Positions 11,351 through 22,488 of a DNA stretch of 64,000 nucleotides are shown one piece after another (position 1 is the stretch's first letter; every line of letters begins with the position of its first letter). Location of the stretch: positions 98,768,001 to 98,832,000 of the forward strand of contig NC_087437.1 of the NCBI RefSeq assembly GCF_036321535.1, read 5' to 3'. The notes under the pieces were generated by a model. It did no database searches. It saw only the letters and a list, made by a program, of their open reading frames with translations, and was not told the origin of the DNA. The position numbers were made by a program, and so were the translations under genes. Source of the stretch: Camelus dromedarius (lineage: Eukaryota).

Positions 11351-12707
11351 CATTTCTCCTTTTTATCAAAGATAAAAATGATTCATGTATGAGTATTTGC
11401 AATATGTCCTCCTCCCCTTTGCAAGAAATACTTAAGAACAATCTACCATCCCCCTAGTGATAAGGGGTCAAAATAACTGAGAATTGGAAATAACCACAAA
11501 CAGAGAAAAGGTAGTGGGGAGAAAGAACACATCTAGGAAGGCAAGGAGAAGTCTGCCCTTCCATCCCATGACCATCATCCTTTCCTCCTTCTCCAGAAAG
11601 CCAACATTACCAGTTTGATGGTTGCTTGCAAGATTTTTTTCAGAGCATTTATAAACCCTGTATGCCATGTATACATAAAATATGCATGTATATTTTATAA
11701 AATTGAATTACATATATTATAAAGTTGATCAAGAAGAATATAGATAGGATAAAAATCCGGATTCTTTTGAATGAAAAGGTAAATGAAGAAGACTTGCTAT
11801 AACAGATAGTGAATTATACTTCTCATAATGGAAACAGTATTGTGGACATATATAAGGTTTCATACAGACCAGTGGATCTGTGTCAAGTCCATGAATGATA
11901 CAAGGAATTAGAAATGCTCAAGTCAGTACTTGAAATCAGCAAATAAGAATGAGATAAAGGATCAGAAAAGCAAGTAAATATTTGAAAAATAAAAGTCAGA
12001 CAAAGGAAATCTCATATGGTTTAAACGCTAGAAAGTAAAAATATTTAAGAACATAGGAAATTGTTTTTATTACCTTAGAGTAAAAGAAAAAACCCTCTTA
12101 GTGTAACCTGAATATTAGATGATCTAAAGGAAAATACTAAAGAATTTGCTTATATAACAGTATTTTTTCATGGTAGTTTTTTTTTTTTTTAAATGTTGTG
12201 AAATACAGCTTTTCTGTTTTGCCTCCAGCCTTTTCTCAGTAAAAATAATGTGAGAGCTATTGCTTCAATCATAAAATTTGAGAACATTTTATAAGTCACC
12301 AACATTGTCCCCTGATTTTAAGCTTCAGTGTTTATTCTATATCCCAAGATATTGAGATCTATCTTGTTTACAGAATTTTTCCACCTTGCAATTTTATTAT
12401 TCTTGGCAAATTTTTTTCGTACTGTTTTATCCCAATCCTCATGTTTACCAAATTTGTTCACACCTATCTTTCTGTGAATATACAAAATAATTGATTCCCT
12501 TTCCCCATATGGAACCTAGTTGAGGAACTTCAGAATTTAGCAGTCTTAATTTTCTATTTGCCCTTTCTTCTTAAGAATAAGTAATTTTGGTTCCTGTGAT
12601 TTTCCTCTGATGACCTGTTAATACTATCTAATACTCACTGTCTCTTGTTTGATCAGGGAACAGAACAGGAAGAGCAGCCTGCGATCAGAATCTAAGAATC
12701 AGAAACT

Positions 12708-12878
12708 GAGGATGTACTGTATCGCACAGGGAACTATATTCAATTTCTCATGATAAGCTATAATGGAAAAGAATCTGAAAAATTATATATATGCATGTAT
12801 ATGTATAACTGAATTTCTTTGCTGTACACCTGAAACTAACACTGTAAGTCAACTACACTTCATTAAAAAATAAAATAG
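12708..12878 (+). mobile_element. Short L1 3' end with TSD
   Basis: 'gtactgtatcgcacagggaactatattcaa...gctgtacacctgaaactaacac...ttcattaaaaaataaaata'. TSD gaatcagaaact (12696-12707) / gaatcagacact (12879-12890). Confidence 0.85.
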
Positions 12879-13386
12879 GAATCAGACACTAAACATGTAA
12901 TTGAAGTTTAAGGCTTAAGAATCAAGACTAAGAGCCAGAATCTCGGCACCCAGCAATAAGGGGCAAAGTAGCCCACGGAATCATAGGACACATCTAGGTC
13001 AAACCAGTGGACAAGTGCACCCAACTACACTTGGGTGAGAGAGATCACTTTAGGAAAGGAAGAAAGTCAGAAGGTCATGATGGAAAGAAATATTTTTGTT
13101 AAAGATAAGAGCTCATGAAGACTCATGTGTCTTAGGCACACAGTGGGAGGACTTAACAGAGGACAGAGGGAGAATATGGGGACGTGAAAGTGACCAGCCT
13201 CAGAAGCTGATGTGGGCCAATATTCTTTCTGTCTTTTCCTGGTCAATTCTTACCAACTACTCACAGCCAGAAAACTCCGAAATTTTTCCAAGTTCTCCTT
13301 CTCTCTTTAGTGATAGAAGGGAATCTGAGGTTAACTTCAGTGTAAAGAAATATAAAAAGCTGCCCCAGTTTTTTATTTGTCTAAAA

Positions 13387-13587
13387 CAAGGGGTCAGCAA
13401 TTTTTTTTTCCTGTAAAGGGCTAGATAGTACATATTTTAGGTTTGTAGACCATACAATCTCTGTCACAGCTATTGAACTCTGCTGTTGTAGCACAAAAGA
13501 GCTACAGACAGTATGAAAAAGAATGGACACACATATGTTCCCCAAAATTTTATTTACCAAAAGAGGCAATAAATTTGCTAACTCCTG
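13387..13587 (+). mobile_element. MER58A-type hAT-Charlie MITE
   Basis: TIRs caaggggtcagcaa / ttgctaactcctg. 8-bp TSD gtctaaaa (13379-86) / gtctagaa (13588-95). Confidence 0.85.
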
Positions 13588-14069
13588 GTCTAGAATTTGG
13601 TTGCATTAGATATCATTACTTACAATTATTAGATCACAAGCCAAGGTTTGGAAATGTTTTTATTATATATACCTTTTTATTATAAAGATATTTTAGAAAG
13701 GATTCAATCTATAATGTTTCAATAAGGCTTTACCTAAGATGAAACACAAAGGAATTTGATTTTGATTTTTATAATCTACTTTCTCATTTAAAACTTAGAG
13801 ACTAATGTGTCTTTTTCTTTCTTTCTTCTTCATTATCATCATGGCTTTGTTTTACTATAACTTATTATGAGATCTCTGAAGGTCAACCTACATAGGTTAA
13901 AATAGGAGGATTTTGTTTAACGGAAAATATGATGAAAAATAATATGTACATGGGAAATATTTCATCTCAAGTTGATACCTAACAGTGGTTTCTATTATAA
14001 TGTGAAATCTAACTACACTGTTAATAATTTCAAGATGAAGCCCAGAGGTTAAAAAAAGATGTCTTTAGC

Positions 14070-14190
14070 AGTGGATTTACTTACTGTAGTAATCATTTCA
14101 CAGTATATACATACACCAAATCATTACCTTGTACACCTAAAACTAACACAGTGTTGTATGTGAATTATATCTCAATGGTAAAAAAAAAAT
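14070..14190 (+). mobile_element. L1 3' terminal fragment
   Basis: 'gtaatcatttcacagtatatac...tgtacacctaaaactaacacagtgttgtatgtgaattatatctcaat' plus an A tail. Confidence 0.75.
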
Positions 14191-14889
14191 TCACCAATGT
14201 GCCTTTTTCTATTCCAAATCTATGATTTGATATTAATGCTGATATTAACAGCAACAGGAAGGATGAGAGGAAAAGCATCTTTCCTCCCAAGACAATGAAG
14301 ATCAGTAAAATATATTTTTTAAAAAGGATGTTGGAAAGTGCCTTTTGCTGGTCAAATCAGTTTCATTTTGCACTGTGGCCAAAATAAGAAGCATTTACTC
14401 TTTTTTTTCTTTACATGGTTTCCAGTAAGAAATCTCTCTCTAATTTCATCACCCCATTCAGGATGCTAAGTAAACCTGTGAAGACATGCTCCGTGAAGGA
14501 GTTCAAGAGGCCAAATGATCAATTATTTGCTAGAGGAGTAGAATATTGCTTACTTGCCTACAGTCCTTTAAAGAAAACAAGAAAAATGAATGAGAGAAGA
14601 ACAGTCAAGAAATTGAAAAGGTCCCAGAGTGTATCAAGCACCTACAAAACGGTTTAATTTTCTCAGTCAAGATGCTGCAAATGGTAATGAATAAATCATG
14701 GCCCTATTTGTTAATATGCTCATCAGTTTCCTTGTTTTGAGGGGAAATAAGGACTCTGCGGCTAGAGTGTTTTCCTTTATTCAGTAGTAAAACTTCTCAG
14801 CATTTTTACTTACTTATCATCAATATTTTGTTACCATTTTTCATATTTCAAGAGCTAAAGGGAAAATCAATTCAAGTTGTTCACAGTTT

Positions 14890-15520
14890 AGTGCAGTGAA
14901 TATTTACTGAGCACCTACTATATGCCTAGTAATGGTCAAGGTGATGGAGATACCACAGTGAACAAAGCAGAGATCCCTTCCTTATGGATCTTACAGTCCA
15001 ATGGCAAAAGAAAACAAACCATAAATGCAACAAATAATAAGTCAGTTTTTTGTAGATTAGAAGATGATGACAAGTGATGTGAATTCTGAAGTCTGGGGCA
15101 GGGCATAGGGACTTACAATAAAGATCAAAGTGAGTCTCTTTGAGAAGCTGAATTGTGAATGAAGACTTGAAAGAGGTAACAAGTTAACCAAGAGCATATT
15201 TAGGCAAAGAACTCTTCAGGCAAATGGCTATCACCAGAGCAAAAGCCCTAAAGTGGGAGTGTCCCTGGAAAATGGGAGCAAAGATAAGGATGTAGCTGGA
15301 GGGAGATGAGGCCTGGTGATATAGACAAGAAGTTCATGGTTATAAGATTAAAAGATTGGACTTACATGTGATATCTAAAAAAAAGTGAAAAAAAAAAAAC
15401 CAATAGACTGATGGAAAGTAAGAGTAGAAGGATGAAGGCCAATTAGGAGGCTACTGGCATAATCTTGGTAAGTGATAATAGTGATTCTGGATGATGAGAA
15501 ACAAATTCTCAATATAAACC
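14890..15520 (-). mobile_element. L2a 3' region
   Basis: 'aatatttactgagcacctactatatgcc...ggagataccacagtgaacaaagcag' is the reverse L2 3' end. Confidence 0.8.
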
Positions 15521-15964
15521 AAAGGATTCGCTGTATTGCTGACTGATGCTTTTGAGGACCCAGCCACCATATGAATTGTCCTAATTAACTACATCACCTA
15601 AGCACCCCTTAGCTCATAAATAGGTACTATTTTTTCCTGGCATTCTTAAATAATTGGAAGCAGACATGAAAAAATGTATATGTATTCTAATTAAGATTGG
15701 GAAGAGAGAAAAAGAGATTATTAAGAACATTGAAAAGATTATAAACAAGGCTAGAATAATGGGCCAATTAAATCAGGCTAACCGTGTATGATCCAAGCAT
15801 CAGAAGCTAGACCAACCTAATAGTGTAGGACTGGGGACAAGGAAGGGGAATAGAAACTAGGACAAGGATGTATACATGTATGTGTGTAGCTTTACCTAAA
15901 AATGTATGAAAATTATATGCAAACATTACTTTTAAAAGTTTATTGTATTTGAAACATTTGGTAA

Positions 15965-16519
15965 TGTATTTGTTATTTATCACTGTATAACATATTAGCC
16001 CCTAGTTTACCAGCTTTAAACAGGAGAGATTTATTATCTCATAGTTTCTGTAGGTCAGAAATGTCGGCACAGCTTAGCCAGGTGCCTGAGTCAGGATCTC
16101 TCTAAGACGTAGTCAGTGGGTGGCTGGGACCACACTCATCTCTACTCAGGGAGGATCCACTTCTGAGCTCATTGGTGTGGCTTTTGGCATGCCTTAGATC
16201 CTCAGGAGTTGTTACCTCCAAATACTACTTTCTTGCCACGTGGGCTTCTCCACAGGGTACTCACAGTACTACAGCTTGTTTCCCAGAGAAAGGCAGAGAG
16301 AGGGAAAGAGAGAGACAGATAGAGAGAGACAGAGAGACAGAGAAGGAAGCTATCCAAGATGGAAGCCAGTTTTCTTTTGCATAATCTAGGAAGCGACATC
16401 TTATCACTTCTACTATATTCTATTCATCAGAAGCCCACACTCAAAGGGAGAAGATTATACATGGACATGAAAAGCAGGAGACCAAGAGCACTGGGGCCAT
16501 CGTGGGACTGCCTACTATA
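15965..16519 (-). mobile_element. MaLR LTR (MLT1F/G-like) with internal AG microsatellite
   Basis: 'tttattatctcatagtttctgtaggtcagaaat...ggcacagcttagcc', ending 'ggactgcctactata'. Confidence 0.8.
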
Positions 16520-17139
16520 GGACATTCTACAGCACAAGAATTAAGGTGATGAGCACCTGTATAGTAGCTACAGTGACTCATGCAAATCTTAGGTAATTTA
16601 TATTCTCTGACAGCTAAGTGAATCTTAAATTTCACTCTACCTACTTGGTTGACTAGTCAATTCCCATAATTGTTCTGAGTGTACTCATGCATTCATTGCT
16701 AAAATATGATTATAGTAGAATTCCATAATTCCTAAAAAACAAATATTGGAGTAAATATGGCTATGTTACTGAGAAAAATTATACACAATGCATCTTAAAT
16801 AACATTCTACATTTATTTTCTGAATACCCTAAGGGAATAGTATCACAATCTTTTGTATCACTTATGGTAGATGTATACTAGTGCCCTTTAAATTTTTTTC
16901 TTTTTAGAAAATGATAAATCAATTAAGTTACTTACTTACTGAAGATCTGTAAGAAGAAGCAAAGGATATTTTTTTCTCCTAAAAATTCTATATTTTTTTA
17001 TGGTGCAGTGGACACCAGGAATTTTTAATTTATTTTTAGTATCACCATACAATTCTTTGATATCTACATGTAATGTTTATCTTTAATAGGAAGACATGTT
17101 GATTACCATTCTGGGAATCCATAAAATATTTTTAATTAT

Positions 17140-17745
17140 GTAATTTAATTTTTCTTTAAGTAAAAACATATAACAGAAAATTTCCCATCAAACCTATTTT
17201 TAAGTGTACAGTTCAATACATTCACATTGTTGTGCAGCCAATCTCCAGAACTCTTCATTTTGCAAAACTGATCCTCTGTATCCATTTAACAACAAATGCC
17301 CATTTCTCTTTCACCCCCATGCCTCCCACCAACCCTTGGTAATCACCATTCTACTTTCTCTGTCTATGAATTTAACTATTCTAGGTCCACTTCATACAAG
17401 GGGACTCATCTAGTATTTGTCTTTTTGTGACTGGATTATTTCACTTAGCATAATGTCTTCACAGTTAATTCATATTGTAGCATATGTCAGAATCCCCATC
17501 TTTTTCAAGGCTGAATAATACTCCATTGTATGTATATACCTCACCCATAGATGAACAATTGGGTTGCTCCACCTTTTGACTATTGTAAATAATGCTGCTT
17601 TGAACATGGATGTTCAAATATGTCTTTGAAATCTTGCTTTCAATTCTTTTGGATCACATGATAATTGTATTTTTAATTTTTAAGCAAATGTTGAACTGTT
17701 TTTCATATTAGGTATACCATTTTACATTCCCATCAACTGCATGTG
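17140..17745 (-). mobile_element. L1 (L1MA/MB-type) 3' region
   Basis: 'ttcacattgttgtgcagccaatctccagaactcttcattttgcaaaactga...tttcacttagcataatgtcttc'. Confidence 0.85.
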
Positions 17746-17777
17746 TATAATTTAGCCAGAGAAAGCATGTAATAGAG

Positions 17778-17780
17778 TGA

Positions 17781-17826
<46 letters not shown>

Positions 17827-17851
17827 CAGTGTGTGAAAGTGTGTGTGTGTG
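17778..17851. repeat. Compound (GT)n(GA)n microsatellite
   Basis: Visible directly in the sequence. Confidence 0.95.
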
Positions 17852-18104
17852 CACCTGTGTAGTGAAAAATTCAACACAAAAGGAAGAGGCTGTACAAAGA
17901 CCTGGAGGAGAGAAAGAGGAGAAGAAGGGTGGAAGAAGAAGAAAGAAGAGAGGAGAGGAGAGAAGGAAGAAGCTATTTTAAATTCTAAATGGTCGGAATC
18001 TTAAAAAGCAAGAGGAAGAATGGTGAAGAGGGTCTGGAAGATAAGGGATCATGTGGGGCCTGTTCAAAAATTTTGATTTTACCTTCTGTGTAATAAAGAG
18101 TCAT

Positions 18105-18580
18105 TAATTTGACTTCTGGGTATTTCTCTAAGACAATGAAACCACAAACTCAAAAAGTTATACACACCCGTATGTTCACTGCAGCACTATTTATGATAGC
18201 CAAGTTATGGAAGCAGCCTAAGTGTCCATCAGTGGATAAACAGATAAAGAAAATATGGTATATATACAATAGAATATTACTCAATTATAAAAAATAATGA
18301 AATCTTGCCATTTGTGACCACATGGAGGGACTTTGAGTGTATTATGCTAAGTGAAATAAGTCAGACAGGGAAAGACAAATATCATATAATCTCAACTTAT
18401 ATGAGGAATCTAGAAAAAAATAAGCTCATAGATAGATACTGAGAGAAGAGTGGTTGCCAGAGGCAAGAGGTGAGGATGGGTAAAATGGGTGAAGAGGATC
18501 AAAAGGTATAAATTTCCAGTTATAAAATAAACAAATCATGGGTTGTAATATACAGCATGGAGACTAGTTATTTTAAAAAA
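18105..18580 (+). mobile_element. L1 3' end (ORF2 C-terminus and 3'UTR)
   Basis: Translation HTRMFTAALFMIAKLWKQPKCPS matches the L1 ORF2 C-terminus. It is followed by 'attatgctaagtgaaataagtcagacag'. Confidence 0.9.
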
Positions 18581-19573
18581 AGAGAGTGAGCATTTTTGAA
18601 CATAGTAGCAATACATGCTTAAGATTTGCATTTTGGAAAAATCATTGTCTGCAGTGTGGAGAGTAAGTTGAAAGGAGATCTGACTAGGGAAAGAAGATCC
18701 CTTTTGAGGCTACTAAAAATAAGATGATGGACTGAATTAGGTGAGTCACAGCATGGATAAAGAAAGAAGTGATGGTTTGATTAATACCTCGGAATTCTGA
18801 AGTAAAGGAAAAGGAGCAGACTGGGCAGAAATTCTCAGATTTCCAGTTTTAACCAGTGGGTGGAAGGAGAGATAGAGCAGGTTTATAGAAAAGTTGAGTT
18901 CAGATTTGCAACTGTTGATTTTGATGAGGTCATGGAACATCCAAGAGACATCTTGCGGGAAGGAGGAGTTTTAAGCCAAAAATTTAGGAGAGAGGTTTCC
19001 TCTAGAAAGACGAACTTGGGGGTCATCAACATAGAGACAGAGGATTAGTAAAGCCACAACAGGAAATGATGGAGACTTTTCCTAGAAAGTGTGCAAATCG
19101 AAATGAGAAGACAATCTAAGATAGAATCGTGAGAAATACCAAAGTTTGGGGATTATGCAGAGAAATCTGAGATTTCAATCAATGAGATGAAGTGCAACAA
19201 GTGTAGGGTTAAGGAACAAAAGAGGATGGTCAGCAGTGGGAAGAGGACCTCTCTGCAGAGGTCAGACAAGGGAAGACTGCAGTGATTTAGCAACAAGGAA
19301 GCCAGTCATTGCTGGCTTTGCAAGGATGGTTTCTACGGATGGCAAGAGCAAAAGCCAAATTTAAGAGGTTTGGAGGATGGGTGAAGTTGAAACAAGAGGC
19401 AGCAAATATGGACAACTCCTTCAGTAGATTTAATTGTGAGGCGGTGGTTGTAAAGAACAGTGCCTGGTGAAAGGTACGAGGCAAAGTTTTAGAATGTGAG
19501 AACATTTAATTGTTTATTGAGTGATGACAAAGAGAAGAAAGGAAAGGAAAGCTTGAAGATAAAGGACAGGTTA

Positions 19574-19921
19574 TTACCTTAGTCAGCTCAGGCTGCTGTA
19601 ACAAAATATTGTGGACAGGGGTAGATTATAAACAAACATTTATTTCTCAGGGTTCTGGAGGCTGGGAAGGCAAGATCACAGTGCTGGCAGATTTGGTGCC
19701 CGGCCTCCTTCCTGGCTTGCAGACAGCAGCCTCCTTGTTGTGTTCTCACATGAGAGAAGAGGGGCGTTATAAGAGCATTAATCTCATCATGGGGGCTCTG
19801 GTCTCATGACCTCATTCAAACCTAATTACCTTCTAAAGGCTGTACCTCCTAAGACCAACACACTGGGAGTTATTTCCTCAACATATGATTTGGGAGGGAC
19901 ACAAACATTCAGGTCATATCA
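19574..19921 (-). mobile_element. MaLR LTR (MLT1A-like)
   Basis: 'ttagtcagctcaggctgctgtaacaaaata...ttctggaggctgggaag...gggagggacacaaacattcaggtcatatca'. Confidence 0.85.
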
Positions 19922-21754
19922 AGTATCCTAGGAAGCAGGAGATAGGATTACATGTACAGATACAGGAATTAATCTTCAACCAGGGACATAACTTCTCTTT
20001 CCTGGGACACCCGTTTGTAGGTTTGGTGGTAGGAAGTTGGAATTATGCTTTGTCTCTGAACAAATTGGCAAGATTATCAGCCAATGGTGAGTACAACAGA
20101 ATGAAATATCTGTGGAGAAAGTGGAAAAAGCTCACTAGGGAAATAGAAAAGGTATTAAAGGCCAAGTTGAGTTTGAGCATCAGCGTGTATAGCTGTGGGA
20201 TCATCTTCAATAAAGCTCAGCCGTCTGGGATAAGATGTAGAGAAATGGAGTGCTTGGACCGGGCATTTGCCAGAAGAATGAATAGAAAGGCAATGGGACT
20301 AGGGTGTAAAAAAAATTGACAAAAGATTTTTGAAATGAGATCCCATGATAGCAAAGCAAGACAGAAAAGGAAAAGATGACCAGAAGGAACCAACAGAGCA
20401 AGGGAGACGGATCACGGACTGCCAGCCCCAGGTAGTCAGAGAGGGATGCTGAGAATGACTAAATGAGAGAGCTTGTGGGTGGAGAACTGTGGTCAGACCA
20501 GGGCATTCAGGTTTAATGTTTCAGAAGTGGTACAGTTCCAAGTGATGACAACATCTAGGTGTATTGGATTATGAGAGAGAGGTGTAGATGAACATGGCTG
20601 GAAATGAAGTAATCAAGGAATAGAGCAATTAAGGGTCAAACACAGTGTGAAGCAGAGAGTATAAAAAATGAGTTGGATGCTAAATCATCGAAGGCATGAG
20701 AGTAAGTGCCCAGAAGTCGGTACATGATGGTCACAATCAAGGTTAGAGGATGATATTACCTGATGGAATAATCTCAAAGTCGTGGGAGTTTCTACATAAG
20801 GCTTATGCAATGCTGTTTAAAAGCAGAGAACTGAGAATAGAGGAAGATGGTCGGCATAAGTGGAATCTGGGAAAAAGCAGGCCTGACCTGAAAAGTCACG
20901 TTTATATGGAAGAGTTGGGTTTCTGTTGAAGCAGGGTAAAGAGGCCTAATGAAGAATTTGAGGGTGAAAAGAGAGATTTCTGTTTATGCTGGATAGGACA
21001 CAGTAAAAGTGAGTTTATACATCAGAATTTGGGTCGGGGAGAAAAATGAGCCAAAAATAGGAAGAGGGGAACAGGAAAAATAGGAATAGGAAGATACGTG
21101 ATGAAGGACAACAAGGGTGGCAGGAAGGATGCAGGGTTTTCAAAAACATATTCTAGCAGTTCCGGGTGATCTGCTACCTGGTCTCTCAAGCCTGAGTCTG
21201 GCTGGGACAGAGGTCCCGGGACTAGACAGTTGATCTGTAGATACTGAAGGCTTCTCAAACTTCCTGTTAAAATGTATCCATTCCCTCATCACCTGGTATA
21301 CAATGATGAGCTACTGAAATTTTTCCTTCTGCTCAAATACCCATATTTCTGGCTTAAACTTGATTAAGTCACTTTAGTTTCCAACTATTTGCAGTTTTGT
21401 TTGCTTCTCTTGACACAATACTCACTCCAATGACTAAGCATGCTGAGCTTTTTCTTGACATACTCTGTTGATATTTGTCCATGAGCTAATCTATGACCAA
21501 GTCATCTACTAAGAATAGTATAAATGTCTTCCATTCTTCTATTACCATCTCCAGCAACAATAGCCTACAAAAGTTTATTACTACAAAAGTAAAATGTTGC
21601 CTTCAGGCTAAGTTCCAATTCTGAACTTCATAAGATTAATTTTTTTTTAATTTCTCCAAAATATATGAAGGCATTTCAGACATAAAATATATTTATTTTT
21701 TCAAAACAGCAGAGAAGACACAAAAATTTTTTTCAGAGATTCTAATTTTCCCTC

Positions 21755-22075
21755 CGGCTTTACTGATGTATAATTGACATCATGTAAGTTAAGGTGTACA
21801 ACACGTTGACTTGATACATTCCTATACTGCAAAATGATTACCACCAGAGAATTACCTCACACCTCCATTACTTCTTATAATTACCATTTTTTGTAGTAAG
21901 AGTATTTTAGATCTACTTTCTCACTAACTTTCAAGTATATAATACAGTATTGTTAACTAGAGTCATCATGCATTAGATCCCCAGAATTTATTCATCTACA
22001 ATTGAAAGTTTTCACCTTTTGACCAACACCTCCCCATTTCCCCTAAACCCTAGGCCCATGTAACCACCATTATAC
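21755..22075 (-). mobile_element. L1 3' end fragment
   Basis: 'ctttactgatgtataattgaca...aggtgtacaac...caactttcaagtatataatacagtattgttaacta'. Confidence 0.8.
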
Positions 22076-22185
22076 TTACTGAAGAAATAGAAATTTATAA
22101 TACTCAAAGCCTTAAGTATTTAGAAGTGTTCAGATGAAATTTGAAGAATTATATAAGCACTTTTTCCCCCAAAGTAGTTTAGTTG

Positions 22186-22255
22186 AGTATCTATGAAACT
22201 ATCCATGGCAAAAGATTTATTTCTAATTTCTTACCCATCAAAGACCAGTACTTAT

Positions 22256-22292
<37 letters not shown>

Positions 22293-22488
22293 TGAAAAAA
22301 AATGAAATAAAAGACATCCATGAAAAATTCTCAAATTTTTATCACTAAATTCAACAGGCAAAAAAATTTTACTTTTTCAAATTGCTACAAACATTTCTAA
22401 ATGTTGATTCTCAGTACTTATCTCACTGCAACTCAGTAACAGCTGAGGGACAGGCACCAGGCTGTGAATCACACTCTGAACCGCCCTG
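22186..22488 (-). mobile_element. Charlie4a-like hAT transposon with an embedded A33 tract (22258-22290)
   Basis: The reverse strand reads 'gagataagtactgagaatcaacatttagaaatgtttgtagcaatttga...gcctgttgaatttagtgataaaaatt', matching my recollection of Charlie4a. Confidence 0.65.

Larger units (their letters stand above)
17880..21200 (-). mobile_element. Long decayed L2 element, interrupted by L1 (18105-18580) and MLT1A (19574-19921)
   Basis: Purine-rich reverse L2 body. 19287-19505 translates on the minus strand to degenerate RT-like motifs (LNLLKELSI..LLNLAFAL..CKASNDWL). Boundaries are approximate. Confidence 0.7.

Noticed and set aside
19885..20319. 144-aa ORF
   Set aside because: It starts in an MLT1A LTR and runs antisense through decayed L2, with no protein similarity I can recognise.
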